From the NCBI GenBank assembly GCA_964188305.1, contig OZ076888.1: 64,000 bases of DNA. One strand, 5' to 3'. Position 1 is the first letter of the stretch. Every line of letters begins with the position of its first letter. Shown piece after piece: positions 1-12,999 of the stretch. Source of the DNA: Podarcis bocagei (Eukaryota). Both the position numbers and the translations under genes were made by a program. The notes below the pieces were generated by a model, which was not told the DNA's origin, did not search any database, and saw only the letters and a list, made by a program, of their open reading frames with translations.

Positions 1-2223
1 TATTATACATTGCCTTATTTTGCTTGTGTTTGTGTGTTATTTACATACATACATACATAGAATCATATTCCACCCTTTTCTCTGACAGGGCATGAGGTGC
101 ACCTCAACAAAATGCATATTCTAGAAGCTGACAGAAAACCAGATTAGATTGTTCTTTCCACTTCCAAAGCCAGTTCATGTGCTCAAACAAGTGCCTGGTT
201 TGATCCTTTCACAACATAGTACAGGCAACTCCTGATTCGCGAGGGGGTTGCTTTGCAGATCATCACGCATGGTGGTAGAGCATGCATAAACCCACTATGC
301 CCCAGTTCCACCCCTTTTCCCGGCCATTTCCAGGTTGCTGAGATGCTCACATGCATGATTGCACACTTATCAAACACACATAAATCGGTCGTTGCCTGTA
401 TCAAAATGAACTTGAGAGTGGGGAGTTGGTTTGCTTTTTTTGAAGAGTGCCATCTGTGAAAGTATGTGGGCAACTTACACACCAAAGAAAGTGCTCTTAA
501 TTATTATTACTCTTTTATCCATGTTGACTTGCAACTAGAAAGTGTTTTTCAAGCTTGGTTCCTTTGCTGCAGCCCTAGTAGTACTTCATCCTAAATGCAG
601 CCTTGGAAGGACCAGGTAATTAACACATCATAGGTGATCAGACATCCCAGCACAGGCCAACTTTCTTCCCTTTTAATCTGCTTTTGAGGGGAGGAGGGTC
701 TGGAGCTTAGTATAAAAGCCAGAAGAAGATTGGCTTTCTGTGCTGGTACCTGTGCTTTGGTCTTTGCAGAGAGACCTTTCTGGGTAGAGGTGCCTCTCCA
801 CTCCCCTCTCCTCCTCAACAGGTTGGACCCCCAAGAAGCTTTTGTCTGCATACTGCATGCATGTCTGGGCCTGCCATTCCCACATGGGCCACCCTCCCTT
901 GGCAAAGTCCCTCCATTCAGTGATGGTGGCTAAAAGAACCTTGGCTAATTATGCTGGACTGAAAATTACCACTTTGCCCTGCGCTCCTGCTGCTGGGACT
1001 ATTTGTTCAGGGGCTGTATTTAGTGGGAACAAAGCTCCCCTGCAGAGTGTCCAGCCCCAAGTATGAAGCTACAGGTAGAAGCTTTAAAATAAAGGGGGTA
1101 ATTACCAATGTCTCCAGGTGAAAGCCCTCTAAACTTCAATAGCCCGATATAGCCTTGGGGGAAGAGGGGAGAATCCCTCCTCCTCAAATAAACGATTCCT
1201 GCCAGGCAATTAAGGGAAAATAATGTCACCCAGTGAAGGGGGGGGGAGTGAACTGCTGCTTAGAAATTGTGGCTTTTTTCTTGCGCTTGTTTGTCATTGG
1301 GTGGGGAAATAAAATGCCTTCCTTGAGGAGGGAGGGAGGATTCCCACAAATATATCCCAACCTCCCTGCTTGTTAAGTGTTTTGAATGTACCTAGTGGGG
1401 AGCAAGAGAGGGAGGGAGAGTGAGAACAAATAAGTCACAAAAAGGAATCGCTGGAGCTTTACACCTGAGCAAGCTTTGAAAAATTCAACAATGCCATTCA
1501 CTGCCTCTTGTAAGGTGCTTTACGGGGGCATGAGGACCCATCTGATCAGTTGAACAGAAATTGTGTTCTTTGTCCACAGTACTGTGGAAGCCTTAGAAAA
1601 CCCACATTTCCCTCTACTGTCCTGTCTCTGAGTAGCTGCTGGAACTGCTGTGCATATAGGTGGAAGGATTTTCTGTGGCAGACGCATTAAGCCCTACCTA
1701 AAGGCCAGAAGGTGACACGTTGGGAACCAAGGGGTTCCTCGTCTATGCAGTTGGCAATTGAGCAGAGAACATAGCAAGCCCTCCCTGTTTTGTCCAGGTA
1801 ATTCCATCCTGAAAATGTTCCATACAAATCTTGTATGGGAGTTGTTATTCTTCATAACCCACGTTCTAGGAAACTAATGACAGCACAACTTTATAATTAC
1901 GAGTACAACAAAAATTCCACTCTTAATGTAGATAGGAATGCTAGCAGACAGAGATGCAAGAACAGCACTTTGGAACATAATAGAAGAGCTTGAATTTTCC
2001 ATGAGATCACAGAAGGTACCGACCTATTAATTTGTTTGTTTGTATTTATGCCCTACAAAAGTTTTTGAGGCAACTTACAATAAGTTTAAAACACAATAAA
2101 ATGGACAGTGATGCCCTAACAGGGCAAAAATGTATATAAGTCTCCCCTCCATTTGTTTTCTGGTGTTCCAACAAATGCTGTTCTGCAGTTGAATCTCCTA
2201 GCAGTTGAAGCAGCTAGATATTA

Positions 2224-2584
2224 AAGGTAAAGGTACCCTTGCCCGTACGGGCCAGTCTTGACAGACTCTAGGGTTGTGCGCTCATCTCACTCTAGAGGCC
2301 GGGAGCCAGCGCTGTCCGCAGACACTTCCGGGTCACGTGGCCAGCGTGACGTAGCTGCTCTTGCGAGCTGGCACCAGAGCAGCACACGGAACACTGTTTA
2401 CCTTCCCGCTATAAAGCGGTACCTATTTATCTACTTGCACTTAAGGGTGCTTTCAAACTGCTAGGTGGGCAGGAGCTGGGACCGTACGACGGGCGCTCAC
2501 CCCGCCACAGGGATTCGAACCGCCGCCCATGTGATCGGCAAGTCCTAAGCGCTGAGGTTTTACCCACAGCGCCACCCGCGTCCC
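2224..2584 (-). mobile_element. Full-length Sauria SINE (Squam1-type) with target-site duplication
   Basis: tRNA-like head at the right end with B box (GGATTCGAAC 2511-2520 = reverse complement of GTTCGAATCC) and (ACCTTT)n tail at the left. Perfect flanking duplication CAGCTAGATATTA at 2211-2223 and 2584-2596. Confidence 0.88.
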
Positions 2585-5500
2585 AGCTAGATATTAGTTC
2601 CACATAAACGAGGATGTCCTTACTAGGTGGCTACTGCTGGTGTCTCTCACAGCCTCAGCCCTAGCCACAGATACAGGAGATGTTGGGTGGAGCAAAAATG
2701 TAACATACGTTCCTCCCAGTTCTCAGATATTCCCATTTAGTTAAAAAAACACACACAAAAAACTTGGCCAGTCACTTAAGGAGAATTTTACCACTGATTT
2801 CCCTACCGAGACCAGTCTTTAACATACTTACTTTCTGATTTGTTTTGAGTGATATGCAAACTCTTCTGGGTACACGCCAACATCTATTTCTTCATATGAA
2901 TATAACTCTGACCATAGCCCAGCAGCTTTATGATCTATAATGGCTGTCTTTGAATGTTAGGCTGAACCAGGACTGGGGAATCTGTGGCTCTTCAATGCTG
3001 TTGGCTGTATGACCATTGGCTAAGATGGCTAGGGCTGATAGGAGTTAGTGTCTAACAAAATCTGAAGGGCCACAGGTCTCCCATCCCTGCCCTTAAACTA
3101 TAGATTAGAGTTACATGGCTGAGCCTTAGGGTGATGCACCTCCTCTGCTGCAGTGTGGCCACGAGGAGGTGATCAGAAGCATATACTTCTGTTTTGAACT
3201 AATCACAGCTTGTCATCTAGTCCAGAACAAACTGTGATCAGTTTTCACCAAACAAACCAAGATCAAGCTGTCGTTTCTGATCCTGGTTTGTTTATAATAA
3301 GCATAGCTAGAATTAACTGCAGCTCCCAGTTTGAGCGAAAGGACAAGCAGTAGTTAGTTTAAAATGAAAATGGAGGCTTCTGATCTCCATTTAGTGGATT
3401 TAGTGTCTAACCCAAGTCAGATCTCAAAATATGTGACTCACCAGGATGTAGATTACAGTTTCAAACTGATTTGTAGAGCACTATTTGAGCCAACTATGGC
3501 TTTCTGTTGTGTATGAATTCACAGACCGTTGGCAGACCACAGTTAGGGCCATTACTTTGCCTCAAGAGACTGTCACATTATAGATATAGGAGCAAATTTA
3601 TGAAGCTGAATGCTCAGCAGATGGGAAACAAAAAGGCTAATCAAAACCTCTGTTTGCCTCTTGTAAGTCTGGAAGCTTAAACTATGACGTGGGTTCTTAA
3701 TTAAGGTTAGAAGAAGCCTTGGTTTTGTAGTACTTCTGAATTTAGTCAATGTCTTCAGCATTAATACTTTAATCTTGGACCTAGAATCAAGTTGTGTGGG
3801 TATGTGTTGAAAAAGAGGCCATGGCCCGTTTTTGTATTCTCAAGTTTAAATGTGAGAGTGCTGTGTAGTTTAATGTGATTTACTGTTCTAGCAATTGAAA
3901 TAAGGGTTCCCCGCCACAGCCTATAATTCCTTTATCTATTATTTTTTTGAAGTAATAAACTCAGCAGGCATTTTCTCAGTGAAAGCCAAAGCAGTATTTA
4001 AGGGATGTCTATATGCAGCTGACTGTGTATGGCCAATTTGTCCTGGTTTTCTGCCCCATTTGTGTCATTTCACTGCATAGCATTCACACTTGGTCTCAAA
4101 ACTGAATCCTTGAATCTTCAATACACCAAGTAAAAGCTAAGTCTCATGATAGTTTCCTCACCACTCACTCACTCATTCATTATAATTTTGGTTTAAATAT
4201 TTTTCTTTAGTTAGCGGTAGGTCAAATTCATTTGCACAGTAAACCACCTACAGTTTCTGAATAGCTTATGACTTAAGTAAAAGCTCTGTAACCGATATGA
4301 CTCTAGAATGTGGTGATCTAAAATTACAGTATTTATATGAAATACCTCAGCAGCCCAGCCCCTATCAGAATTTAAACCTAGTTAGACTGTGAACAGTAAA
4401 GCAACCATATGGAAATACACTGGCTTGGTTCAAATATAACACCAAACCATGGTTTAAGGCTATATGAATGAGCCTTATGCTACACCTTCTCTTGTCTCCT
4501 TGTATTCTCTGCTTTCCTTCTGATGTAGCAGCAAACCATAGTTTGCCATTACACCCAAATTAGGCAAAACACTATTGTGAACCCAGTTCAAATCTTGCAT
4601 GCAATCCCAGTGTGCAGACAAATTATAGTTTTCTCTGTTCAATAAACTATGGTTTATCAAGGTATGTGAGAATTAACCGGACGCAGGAGTAAGGGAAGGA
4701 GGGAGCTTATGAGTTCATTAATGTTATATCAAATCATGACATTGTGGTGAACTGATGCTACCTAGGCCTTGCAATCAACCCCTCCCCCCCACAGCTGACA
4801 TAATATTAGCAACTGGATACATTGGGCTTTCCAAAGCTATCCAAAAACTATCTGTTTTTGCGGTTGTGCTGGAGGTACTGATCTTAAAAGGACTGCTTCA
4901 GAACAATAAGCAGTAATGATAGATTCAGTTGTAACAATGTCATATATGTTCAAGATAATATGCATCCTGTTTCACTTTTCCACGGAATGCCCAGATGCAG
5001 CAAGCATGCAAATGTTGGATGGAAATTATAACGGTACAACCTGGACCCACCAGGCACAGGCAAACAAGAAACAGCATAATAACCAGAGAACTGCTGAATA
5101 TGAATTAAATGTTTAAGTATCCCCAATGTGCTCACCTGTTTCTGCTTTACAAAGCAGGGCACAGTCTGGCTTCCTACATTTTGTATCAGACTAGTGGGTG
5201 GGGTGGGAAAAGATTCCTTCAATACAGAGAACTGCTGCAGACATTTTAGTGACATCAAATGACTGACTTTGTGCTGCAATTCATACCCAGCAAGCAGTTG
5301 TGGCATACTGGAAATCTATAACTTGCTGGATTTTTAAAACTTTTATATTTAAATTTGGGATCTGGGACCTGCCTCTGGATTTTAAAGTCGATTGCCATCA
5401 TTTCTATTCAATTATACTGCCTCTCAAAAATCAAACTCTGACATTTATAATTCTCACAAAATATAATGGCCTGCAAAAACAAAACACTCTGTGTTGAAAG

Positions 5501-8500
5501 GCATCACAAGTTGCCCACCATTGGACTTATAGAAATAGTCAGGTAATAGGCAGAAATGGAGAATTTGTGATCCTTCAAATGTTGTTCCATCATCCCTGCT
5601 TGTTGACCATCCTAACTACTTTGGCTGATAGGAGTTGGAGGCAGACAACATCTGGATGGCCACAAGTTGCCATTCTTGCTGTATGCTTAATACTTGATTT
5701 TCTTAACCTGGTGAAATAGGTGGCTCTAATCCATTTAGTCTGGAGGCCTGGAATGGGCTGAATAAATGTTTTGAACTCCTATAAACCAGGTTGCATTTTT
5801 AGGTCCTTGGGCAATTGGACTTCTGGGATTTATCCCCCAGCCCTGCTGTAAAAGATTTGGGTTGAGCAAATTTTCATACACAAAAGCAGTATGTTTGCCA
5901 GAGACTGAAGATGGTGCTTTTCATCCGTAAACCAGACTTGGAACAGTGACGCAACTGGCCCTAGCCTTCAACCCAGCCTTCACTGTGAGCCATCTCTGTT
6001 CAAATCCCGTGTCCAGAATTATGGCTTTCCCCACAACTCACAATGCTCTCCTTGGTGTGAAATGCAAACACCCACTTCCCAGGGGCCAATTTTCCAACCA
6101 GGGTGGGAAACGGCGCACACATGAATTATTGGTATCTTCCTGTGCTTCTGTCGTTAGTGGTCCCTACCATTTCCTCCTTTGGTGCTGGTGGGGGAATACT
6201 GTAAATCCTGGAAATATACACATCTCCTTGCTCAAAATTTGTTCTCTCTGCACATCAAATGTCTCCATTGCAGGACCTGAAGGTACCAGGCGAAGTTGTT
6301 CTGTAGCTCTTCTGTTTACAATTTATGATGCATACCCAGAGAGCCATTCACTCTCAGGCTGGCGGAGATCTATGAAAATAGCATCATAGTGCATATATCT
6401 GTGTATGTAAAGATTTTTTGAGCAGTGGCTAATATGCTAATTGTCCATAACTCTGCTAATATGATGGACTTTCCTATTCGCTTCTACTTTTTGGTAATAA
6501 ATTAGCATTAAATACTTGGCAGGTATATTTTAAAGAGTTTGATTGGCTTCTCTACAAGTAGGAACGGTTGTTTGGTATTTGGGGCCACCAGCAAAGCCAG
6601 GGAAGAGGCAGGGTTGCAGAGAAGGCAAAGGACAGTACTGTAGCTGTTGAGACTTAGGCAGGGCAGCAAGGAGGAAAGACCAGGTAGAGCTAGAACAACA
6701 TGGATACAGAGCTGGGGTAGTAATAAGATTAATGTATCTTGTCCTTTCTCTTAACCAGGGCTGGGGAATTTGTGGGTCTCCAGATATTGCTGGGCTCCAG
6801 CTTCCTTCATCCCTAGCCAGCATGGCCCGTGTTTAGGAATGATGGCAGTTGGAGTCCAACCACATCAGAAAGGCCACAGGCTCCCCATCATGATTCTAAG
6901 GAATTCATAGTGGTGTTTTAGACTCACAACAAAGTTCATCCCTGTAATGGATGCCTTTGCAAGCTACAGATTGGATCATTGTTAAAATGCAGAATTCTAG
7001 ACTGCTATTGAAGACAACTCAAAAGATCCTGCTGGTTCAGAATGGAGCAGTGTGGCTATTAACTGGCACTGGTTGCTTGGGTATTTTATGTCGATGTTAA
7101 GTGGTGCTTGCAGAGGCATTATCTTAAAAGATTCAGGGCACAAGCCCATGGTACAATTTTTGCATAAAATATGCATATGCACTTATATTTATATATGTAA
7201 ATTTGGGAATTTGAGCAAATTACAATTGTCGGTCATTAGGGCCTCACCAGCATTATGCTTTGCAGCCTGTCTAGCAGTTCTGGAAGCAACGTAAAATGAA
7301 AATCTTAAGGTTTTTTTATTTTTTTAAAAACCCACTGCTCAAACCTCCTGAGCCACCCCCTAACAAAGCATCAGTGGCATTGATACTTAAAGCCCTAAGT
7401 GGTCTGGGTCCAGGCTAACTAAGGTGGTTATCTTCTCCTTTATGCACCTCCCTGCACATCAATATCTCCAGGTACTTTCCTTCCCAGAAACCAGGTTGAT
7501 GTTTAGTAGGAACAGTGTCTTCTTGGTGGTAGTACCTCTTTTTTGGAATGGTATTCCATCTCAAGCCCAAAAACCAAGCCCCTTCCTGGCATTATAAAAG
7601 CAAGCTAATATTTTATTTTACAATTCTTTAGGGGGATGGTGTCACTTGCTTTCATCTGTGCTGTTCGTTTTGATACATTAATTTTATTTATTTGTTTTAC
7701 ATATTGTATTTTAAATATACTATGCTTTTAGGCACTAAGCTGCACAGAAATGGATTGAACGTGCAGAACAATGTAATGAGACAGATTTGAGAGCTGGAAA
7801 AATAAGCCATGTGGTAAGTTCATCTACAATCTGCTGATCAAGCAAATATAGAATGATGCGTCAAAGCTTTTGCAGGCAGAATTCAGTGGGCATCAAAGGG
7901 CTCTATATTCAGAAATAAAATAATGGATAAAGAATCAACATGTAGGGATTTAAAGTTGGATGAACTTGGATTCCAAAGGACTTTTTTAATGGGGGAAGGC
8001 AGTTTAAAGAGTTGGATTCTGTACACTTTCTGGTTTGCAAAATTTAAATTAAGCACTTTTCCATATGGGTTTAATTCAGGAGCTGAGAGTCTAATTTCAG
8101 CATTTCAAATAGCCCTAATCCAGTGTGTGTGGTGCTTCAGATAAAGCTGGTCGCTACTATTTCCCAATGGTTGGCAGGGACCAGTATGAACTGTATAATC
8201 ATGGTGCACTCACCACAATGAGATGTCCTGGAGAAAAAAGTTGATCACTTCTGCCTAAGGTACCCCCTCATCCTGCCAACTGTGTCCTACAGGAAGCTGC
8301 TGTTCTGGTGAATCTTGGTTCCTGATTTATAAGAAGCTTATACCAGGTGAAATTATTTGTTCAACTAGCCCAGTATTACTCCCAAAAGCAGTGTTTCTTT
8401 GCGGTCTAAGGCAGAGGGCTTTCTTATCACCTGCTGCCTTATCCTTATAAATGAAGACACCCGAGTTTGAGCCTGGGACCTTCTTTATGCAAAGTGTGTG

Positions 8501-8856
8501 CTCTCCATATGCACTGCAGGCTTGCTTTAAACCCACTGCTCCTGCTCAAAAAACACTCCCACGTACAAATGCTCCGTGGAGACTTTTCACATTTCGAAGG
8601 TGATTGCTTTGTGAAATTGTTAAAATATGTACAGAGTTGGCTGTCGCTACTGGATCTGTTGGGGAAGCATGTCTGCAAGTGCCACATGCCTATATACTCG
8701 GTATGGTGTGGCATATCAGGACCTGAGATTCAGCGTGTGGTGACATGGCAGAGGGCATTTCCACTACAAGCATCCTGCTTATGGAATTCCCTCCCTTTCC
8801 GAATAAGGCCGGTTTCTTACTATTGTGAATTTTTGGTGCCACCTAAAGACCTACTA

Positions 8857-9207
8857 GGAACGCGGGGGGCACTGTGGGTTAAACCACAGAGCCTAGGACT
8901 TGCCGATTAGAAGGTTGGCAGTTCGAATCCCCGCAACGGGGTGAGCTCCTGTTGCTCGGTCCCTGCTCCTGGCAACCTAGCAGTTCGAAAGCACGTTAAA
9001 GTGCAAGTAGATAAATAGGTACCGCTCCAGCAGGAAAGTAAACTGCGTTTCCGTGCGCTGCTTTGGTTTGCCAGAAGCGGCTTAGTCATGCTGGCCACAT
9101 GACCCGGAAGCTGTACGCTGGCTCCCTCGGCCAGTAAAGCAAGATGAGCGCTGCAACCCCAGAGTCGGCCACGACTGGGCCTAATGGTCAGGGATCCCTT
9201 TACCTTT
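8857..9207 (+). mobile_element. Full-length Sauria SINE inserted into an older L2-like 3' end
   Basis: B box GTTCGAATCC at 8921-8930; 3' CCCTTTACCTTT tail; TSD TAAAGACCTACT / TAAATACCTACT with 1 mismatch. The flanks (8720-8856 and 9208-9400) read as an interrupted LINE 3' end. Confidence 0.88.
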
Positions 9208-10559
9208 AAATACCTACTTATTTACCCGGACCTTTTGGTGTTTTGTTGTTTCATTGTTCCGATGAAATTTTACTGCTCTTCCTGAAGTTTATTTTTATTT
9301 GGTTTTCTTATTTGAGTGTTTTTTATATTTTTATTTTGTAAAGCCACTTAATGTAATTAAAATTTTTAAGCAGTTTACATAGAACAATTAAAATACAACA
9401 TTCAATTTAAATACAAAATTGAGCAAAACATTCAATAAAAGCTAGATGAAAATAAGTTTAAAAAAAAACACACAGCAGTATATCACAAATAAAGCTGAAC
9501 AGTGTAAAAAAATGATAATAAAAATTAAGACTCAGTCTCCAGGAAAACTTGGCGGACGAAATAAGATTTTTAAAAACCTTAAAATATCATTCTTGTCTCG
9601 ATTATTGAAATTGCTCTGGAATACCTTTTTGGAAATAGAGTGGGCTATGAATAATTTTAAATAAATATTTCAGAAATAGCCTGTACCAAGAATATCAAAT
9701 AAAAAAGTTAAGGCAAAGCGAATGGTGAGAATTAGATGCTAAGGGAGAATTATGTACGCCTTTTCTTTTGCTTGCTGATTTTCATCTGCAGGCACTCCAT
9801 TTGCATTATGGGAGAAACATGGGGTGGGGAATACAATGATTCCCATCTAACGTCTAGTTTCATTCCCAGTTTGAATCCCAATGAGGATTCTACACTTGTG
9901 GGAGAATGTGGTGGCAGTAGAATGGACTGTACCACTTCAGGCTGGAGACTGTCTTAGAAACAGTCTTTGGATTACATTTCTGTATTCTCCCTGTTAAAAA
10001 CAAATAAATTCCTTTCGAGTAGTCCAGCAGGGTCCAGGCTCAGCTAGAACCTGTCTCCGCAGTGTGTATGTGTTTTTAAGTTGCAGCGTTTGTATGTGTG
10101 TTTTTACAAGGCTGAGAATTCAGAAATGGTATCCTCTCCCCACAGCCTGAACTGGTACAGTCCATTCTACCGCTGCCTCCTTCTGCTGCATGTGTTATAA
10201 CTGGTCTAAATTTTGGCAGGGTCTCAAGACAGTGCTTGTTATAACCAGTTAAATATGGCGGTGTGCGGTGTGGGTGGGTGTTCTGTTGAATTCTGTCAGA
10301 CCCACTTGCTGACTTTTAATTGTTTGATTTCCATCCATGCTCATGCGTGATATATAGAGACCTGGAACTGGTCAATTAAAACTAAACTGCTGATAGTTTA
10401 ATTTGTTGGGTGATGTTTCCTGGGAGAGAAGAACATTCTCTCACCATCCAATCATCTCTGGATATGTGTGTACAGTTGGATATACTCCATGACGTTTTGT
10501 AGATTCAGCTTAGGACCATCCGCTGTGCAATGTCCACCTCCCTCCTGCCCTTTACAATG

Positions 10560-11200
10560 TTGCTACTGTTGGGGCCCCTCCTCCCATCACCCTCCAGCAG
10601 GGGGGACGCAGTAAGTTTGTGTGACCTTAGCACTAAATTCAGACTGCAGGAGTTACCTTCTATAATGATGTCAACTGATTAGGTTAGCGGGGCTGGTGGC
10701 AGCCACGATAAGACGTGACATGTTCTAATGATTTGCTTTAGCAGGAGCGCAGGAGCAATGAGGAGGAAGAGGCAGGAAAGGCGGGGGGCCCACAGGTGCC
10801 GACAAAGACTTTGACCTTTGCTGCTATAATATCAGTTATTCACAGGCCAGGCGGTTCGGTAACCCACTTCCAGACCATCAAAAATTGATTTAATTGCAAT
10901 TTCCCCCCCAATTCAGAGCACTGGAGCTTGACTAATTGGAGTAATAGAGAGTAATAAGGCTCTGATTAAAAAAAAGCTTTCCTCTGCCTCCTTTTGTATC
11001 CTGTGTCATTGCCTGTCAGAGGTCAGGGAGCCTGCATATTCTATTAGGCCGAGTTGCCTTCATTTGGACAAATTAGTTTACCCAACAGTAATTAAAATGC
11101 CAATGTGGGTCGGGAAGAGCTGAATGCAATTGATGGGCAAGTTGGTGAAGGATTTGACAGCTTTGGTGGCCGCCCTTGCCAGAGCGTGTCGGTGCGGACT
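10560..11200. promoter_or_regulatory. Candidate conserved non-coding element / long-range FGF8 enhancer in FBXW4 intron
   Basis: Repeat-free block with clustered homeodomain (TAATTG, TAATTA, TGATTTAAT), HMG-like (ACAAAG, CTTTG, ATCAAAA), MEIS (TGTCA/TGACAG) and nuclear-receptor (TGACCTTTG, AGGTCA) motifs. The enhancer role is inferred from locus knowledge. Confidence 0.5.
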
Positions 11201-11984
11201 CAAAGGCTGCACCAGTTTGGGTCTATGTGGCTAGCCCAGCTCTGGGGTTGAAAGAGGCTCAGGAAAAGTGTCCTTCTCTTTGGTCTCCTCTCTCTGTGCA
11301 CTCAGTTCCTCCCCTTGTTTCTTTATGACACTTGGGTTCATTCCTCCCTGACGCCCAGACTCTTTGTCCCAACGAGACCGCCCTCAGCCCCCTTTGCCGT
11401 ACCCCCCATTTCCCAGCTGCTGGGCTCTTGCTAAGTAATAGGTTCTTTGTTTCTTGGTTCGATGATCCTTCATATAGAATAATTTCCAAAATGGGATGAT
11501 AACAACCAGTTTAAAGGGTGTGGGGATAGGCGGGAGAGAAGAACAGAGATAGAAGCTTGTGTGATGCAGCCAGATTCTGGAGTCCCATATGCAAAGAGCA
11601 GTGCAGGACTTGGTGGAAAGTGTTGGGTTAATAGGGTAGAATTATGGGATAAAATGGAAAAGAACGGAAACATGGTTAATTTGGATGCAGATGCAAGAGA
11701 CAGGGTAGCACATTAAGCCTTAGTTCTAAAACAACTGACAACCTGGAGGTGGTCTTGGTACCTGGAAATAAAGTGTGATACCTGCAGTGCATGTGCTATA
11801 TTTTGGGTGCTTTTGGTTGTCTGGGGTTCATCTACATCAATGCTGAGAATATATACAAGTGGCAACTTTAATCTTTATTTTCCTTTTATGGCAAACAATG
11901 AACAATTTGCCTGTTTCTGTCGGCCTGGCTTATCCTATAGTGCACTGTATATCTAGGTTCTAGAGCTGTAATAGTTGTATTGGT

Positions 11985-12125
11985 TCATATGGGGAGAGGC
12001 AGCCCTTGAGGTATTGTAGTCTTGAATCATTTAAGGCTTTATAGGTCAAAATCAGAACTTGAATTCAGCCCAGAAACTAATTGGCAGCCAGTGCAGTCAG
12101 GCCAGGACGGGTGTAATATGCTCAC
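11985..12125 (-). mobile_element. L2-type LINE ORF2 fragment
   Basis: Minus strand reads LHWLPISFWAEFK...LTYKALN-like, typical of the C-terminal part of L2-clade ORF2. Confidence 0.6.
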
Positions 12126-12364
12126 GTTTACCACTGGCAAGCCAGGTGTTCCCCATCTTATGTTTGTGCAGCCTGCCTAAGTGTTAAACCTGACATTTGT
12201 CTCTATTGAAATTCATTTTGTTAGTTTTGGTGTTATCTGCAGGTGTGTTGAGCATGCACTCAATTCCTTCATCCAAGTCTCTTATAAAGACGTTGTACAA
12301 CAACGGGCCCAGGACAGAACCCTGTGTCACCTCATTTGCTACTTTTTTCCAGGATGCTCCTTCC

Positions 12365-12437
12365 TGTAGCACCTTAAAGACCAACTAAGTTAGTTCTTGG
12401 TATAAGCTTTCGTGTGCATGCACACTTCTTCAGATAC
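12365..12437 (-). mobile_element. Penelope-like element terminal fragment carrying a hammerhead motif
   Basis: TGTAGCACCTTAAAGACCAACTAAGT...CTTCAGATAC interrupts the CR1. A second, truncated copy lies at about 25052-25106. The family call is from recall of PLE-type termini. Confidence 0.6.
12400..12437 (-). ncRNA. Minimal type I hammerhead ribozyme motif (Penelope-associated)
   Basis: Minus strand GUAU-CUGAAGA-A-GUGUG CAUG CACAC-GAAA-GC-UU-AUAC: complete CUGANGA and GAAA/UH core, 5-bp stem II, 4-bp stem I, palindromic AGCU in place of stem III. Confidence 0.65.
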
Positions 12438-12746
12438 AGGAAATGTTAGTGAGCAATCTTTGGGTTTGGCCAGCCAGCGAGCTACAAATCCACCTAACAG
12501 TTACCTAGTCTAGTCCATATTTTATCAGCTTCTCCACAAAAATACCAGGGGGAATTTTTCAAAAGCCTGACTGAAATTGAGATACACTGCATCCATAGCA
12601 TTCCCCTGATCCACTAAGCTTGTAATTGTACAAAAGAAAAAGAAAAAGAAATTATATTCGTCTGGCATGACTTGTTTTTGAAAAACCCATGCTGGGTCTT
12701 AGTAATCACAACATCTTTTCCCAAGTGTTCACACACAAACTGTTTA

Positions 12747-12999
12747 CAGTGGTGCCCCGCAAGACGAATGCCTTGCAAGACGAAAAACTCGCTAGACGAA
12801 AGGGTTTTCCATTTTTGCATTGCTTCGCTAGACGAATTTCCCTATGGGCTTGCTACGCAAGACGAAAACGTCTTGCACTTTTTTTTTAAAGCCGCTTGAA
12901 GAGGTGCAGTTGCGACGGACCGTGCTTCGCAAGACGAAAAACATCGCAAGACGAAAAGACTCGCAGAACAAATTCTTTTCGTCTTGCAAAGCATCACTG
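12747..12999. mobile_element. Tc1/mariner (Tigger/pogo-like) MITE inserted in the CR1
   Basis: TA|CAGTGGTGCCCCGCAAGACGAA ... TTCGTCTTGCAAAGCATCACTG|TA: terminal inverted repeats with a TA duplication; internal GCAAGACGAA repeats. Confidence 0.88.

Noticed and set aside
5946-6389. 147-aa ORF
   Set aside because: Non-ATG start, no recognisable motif and no convincing splice sites; treated as a chance intronic ORF.
8467-8910. 147-aa ORF
   Set aside because: It spans SINE and LINE relics; not a gene.
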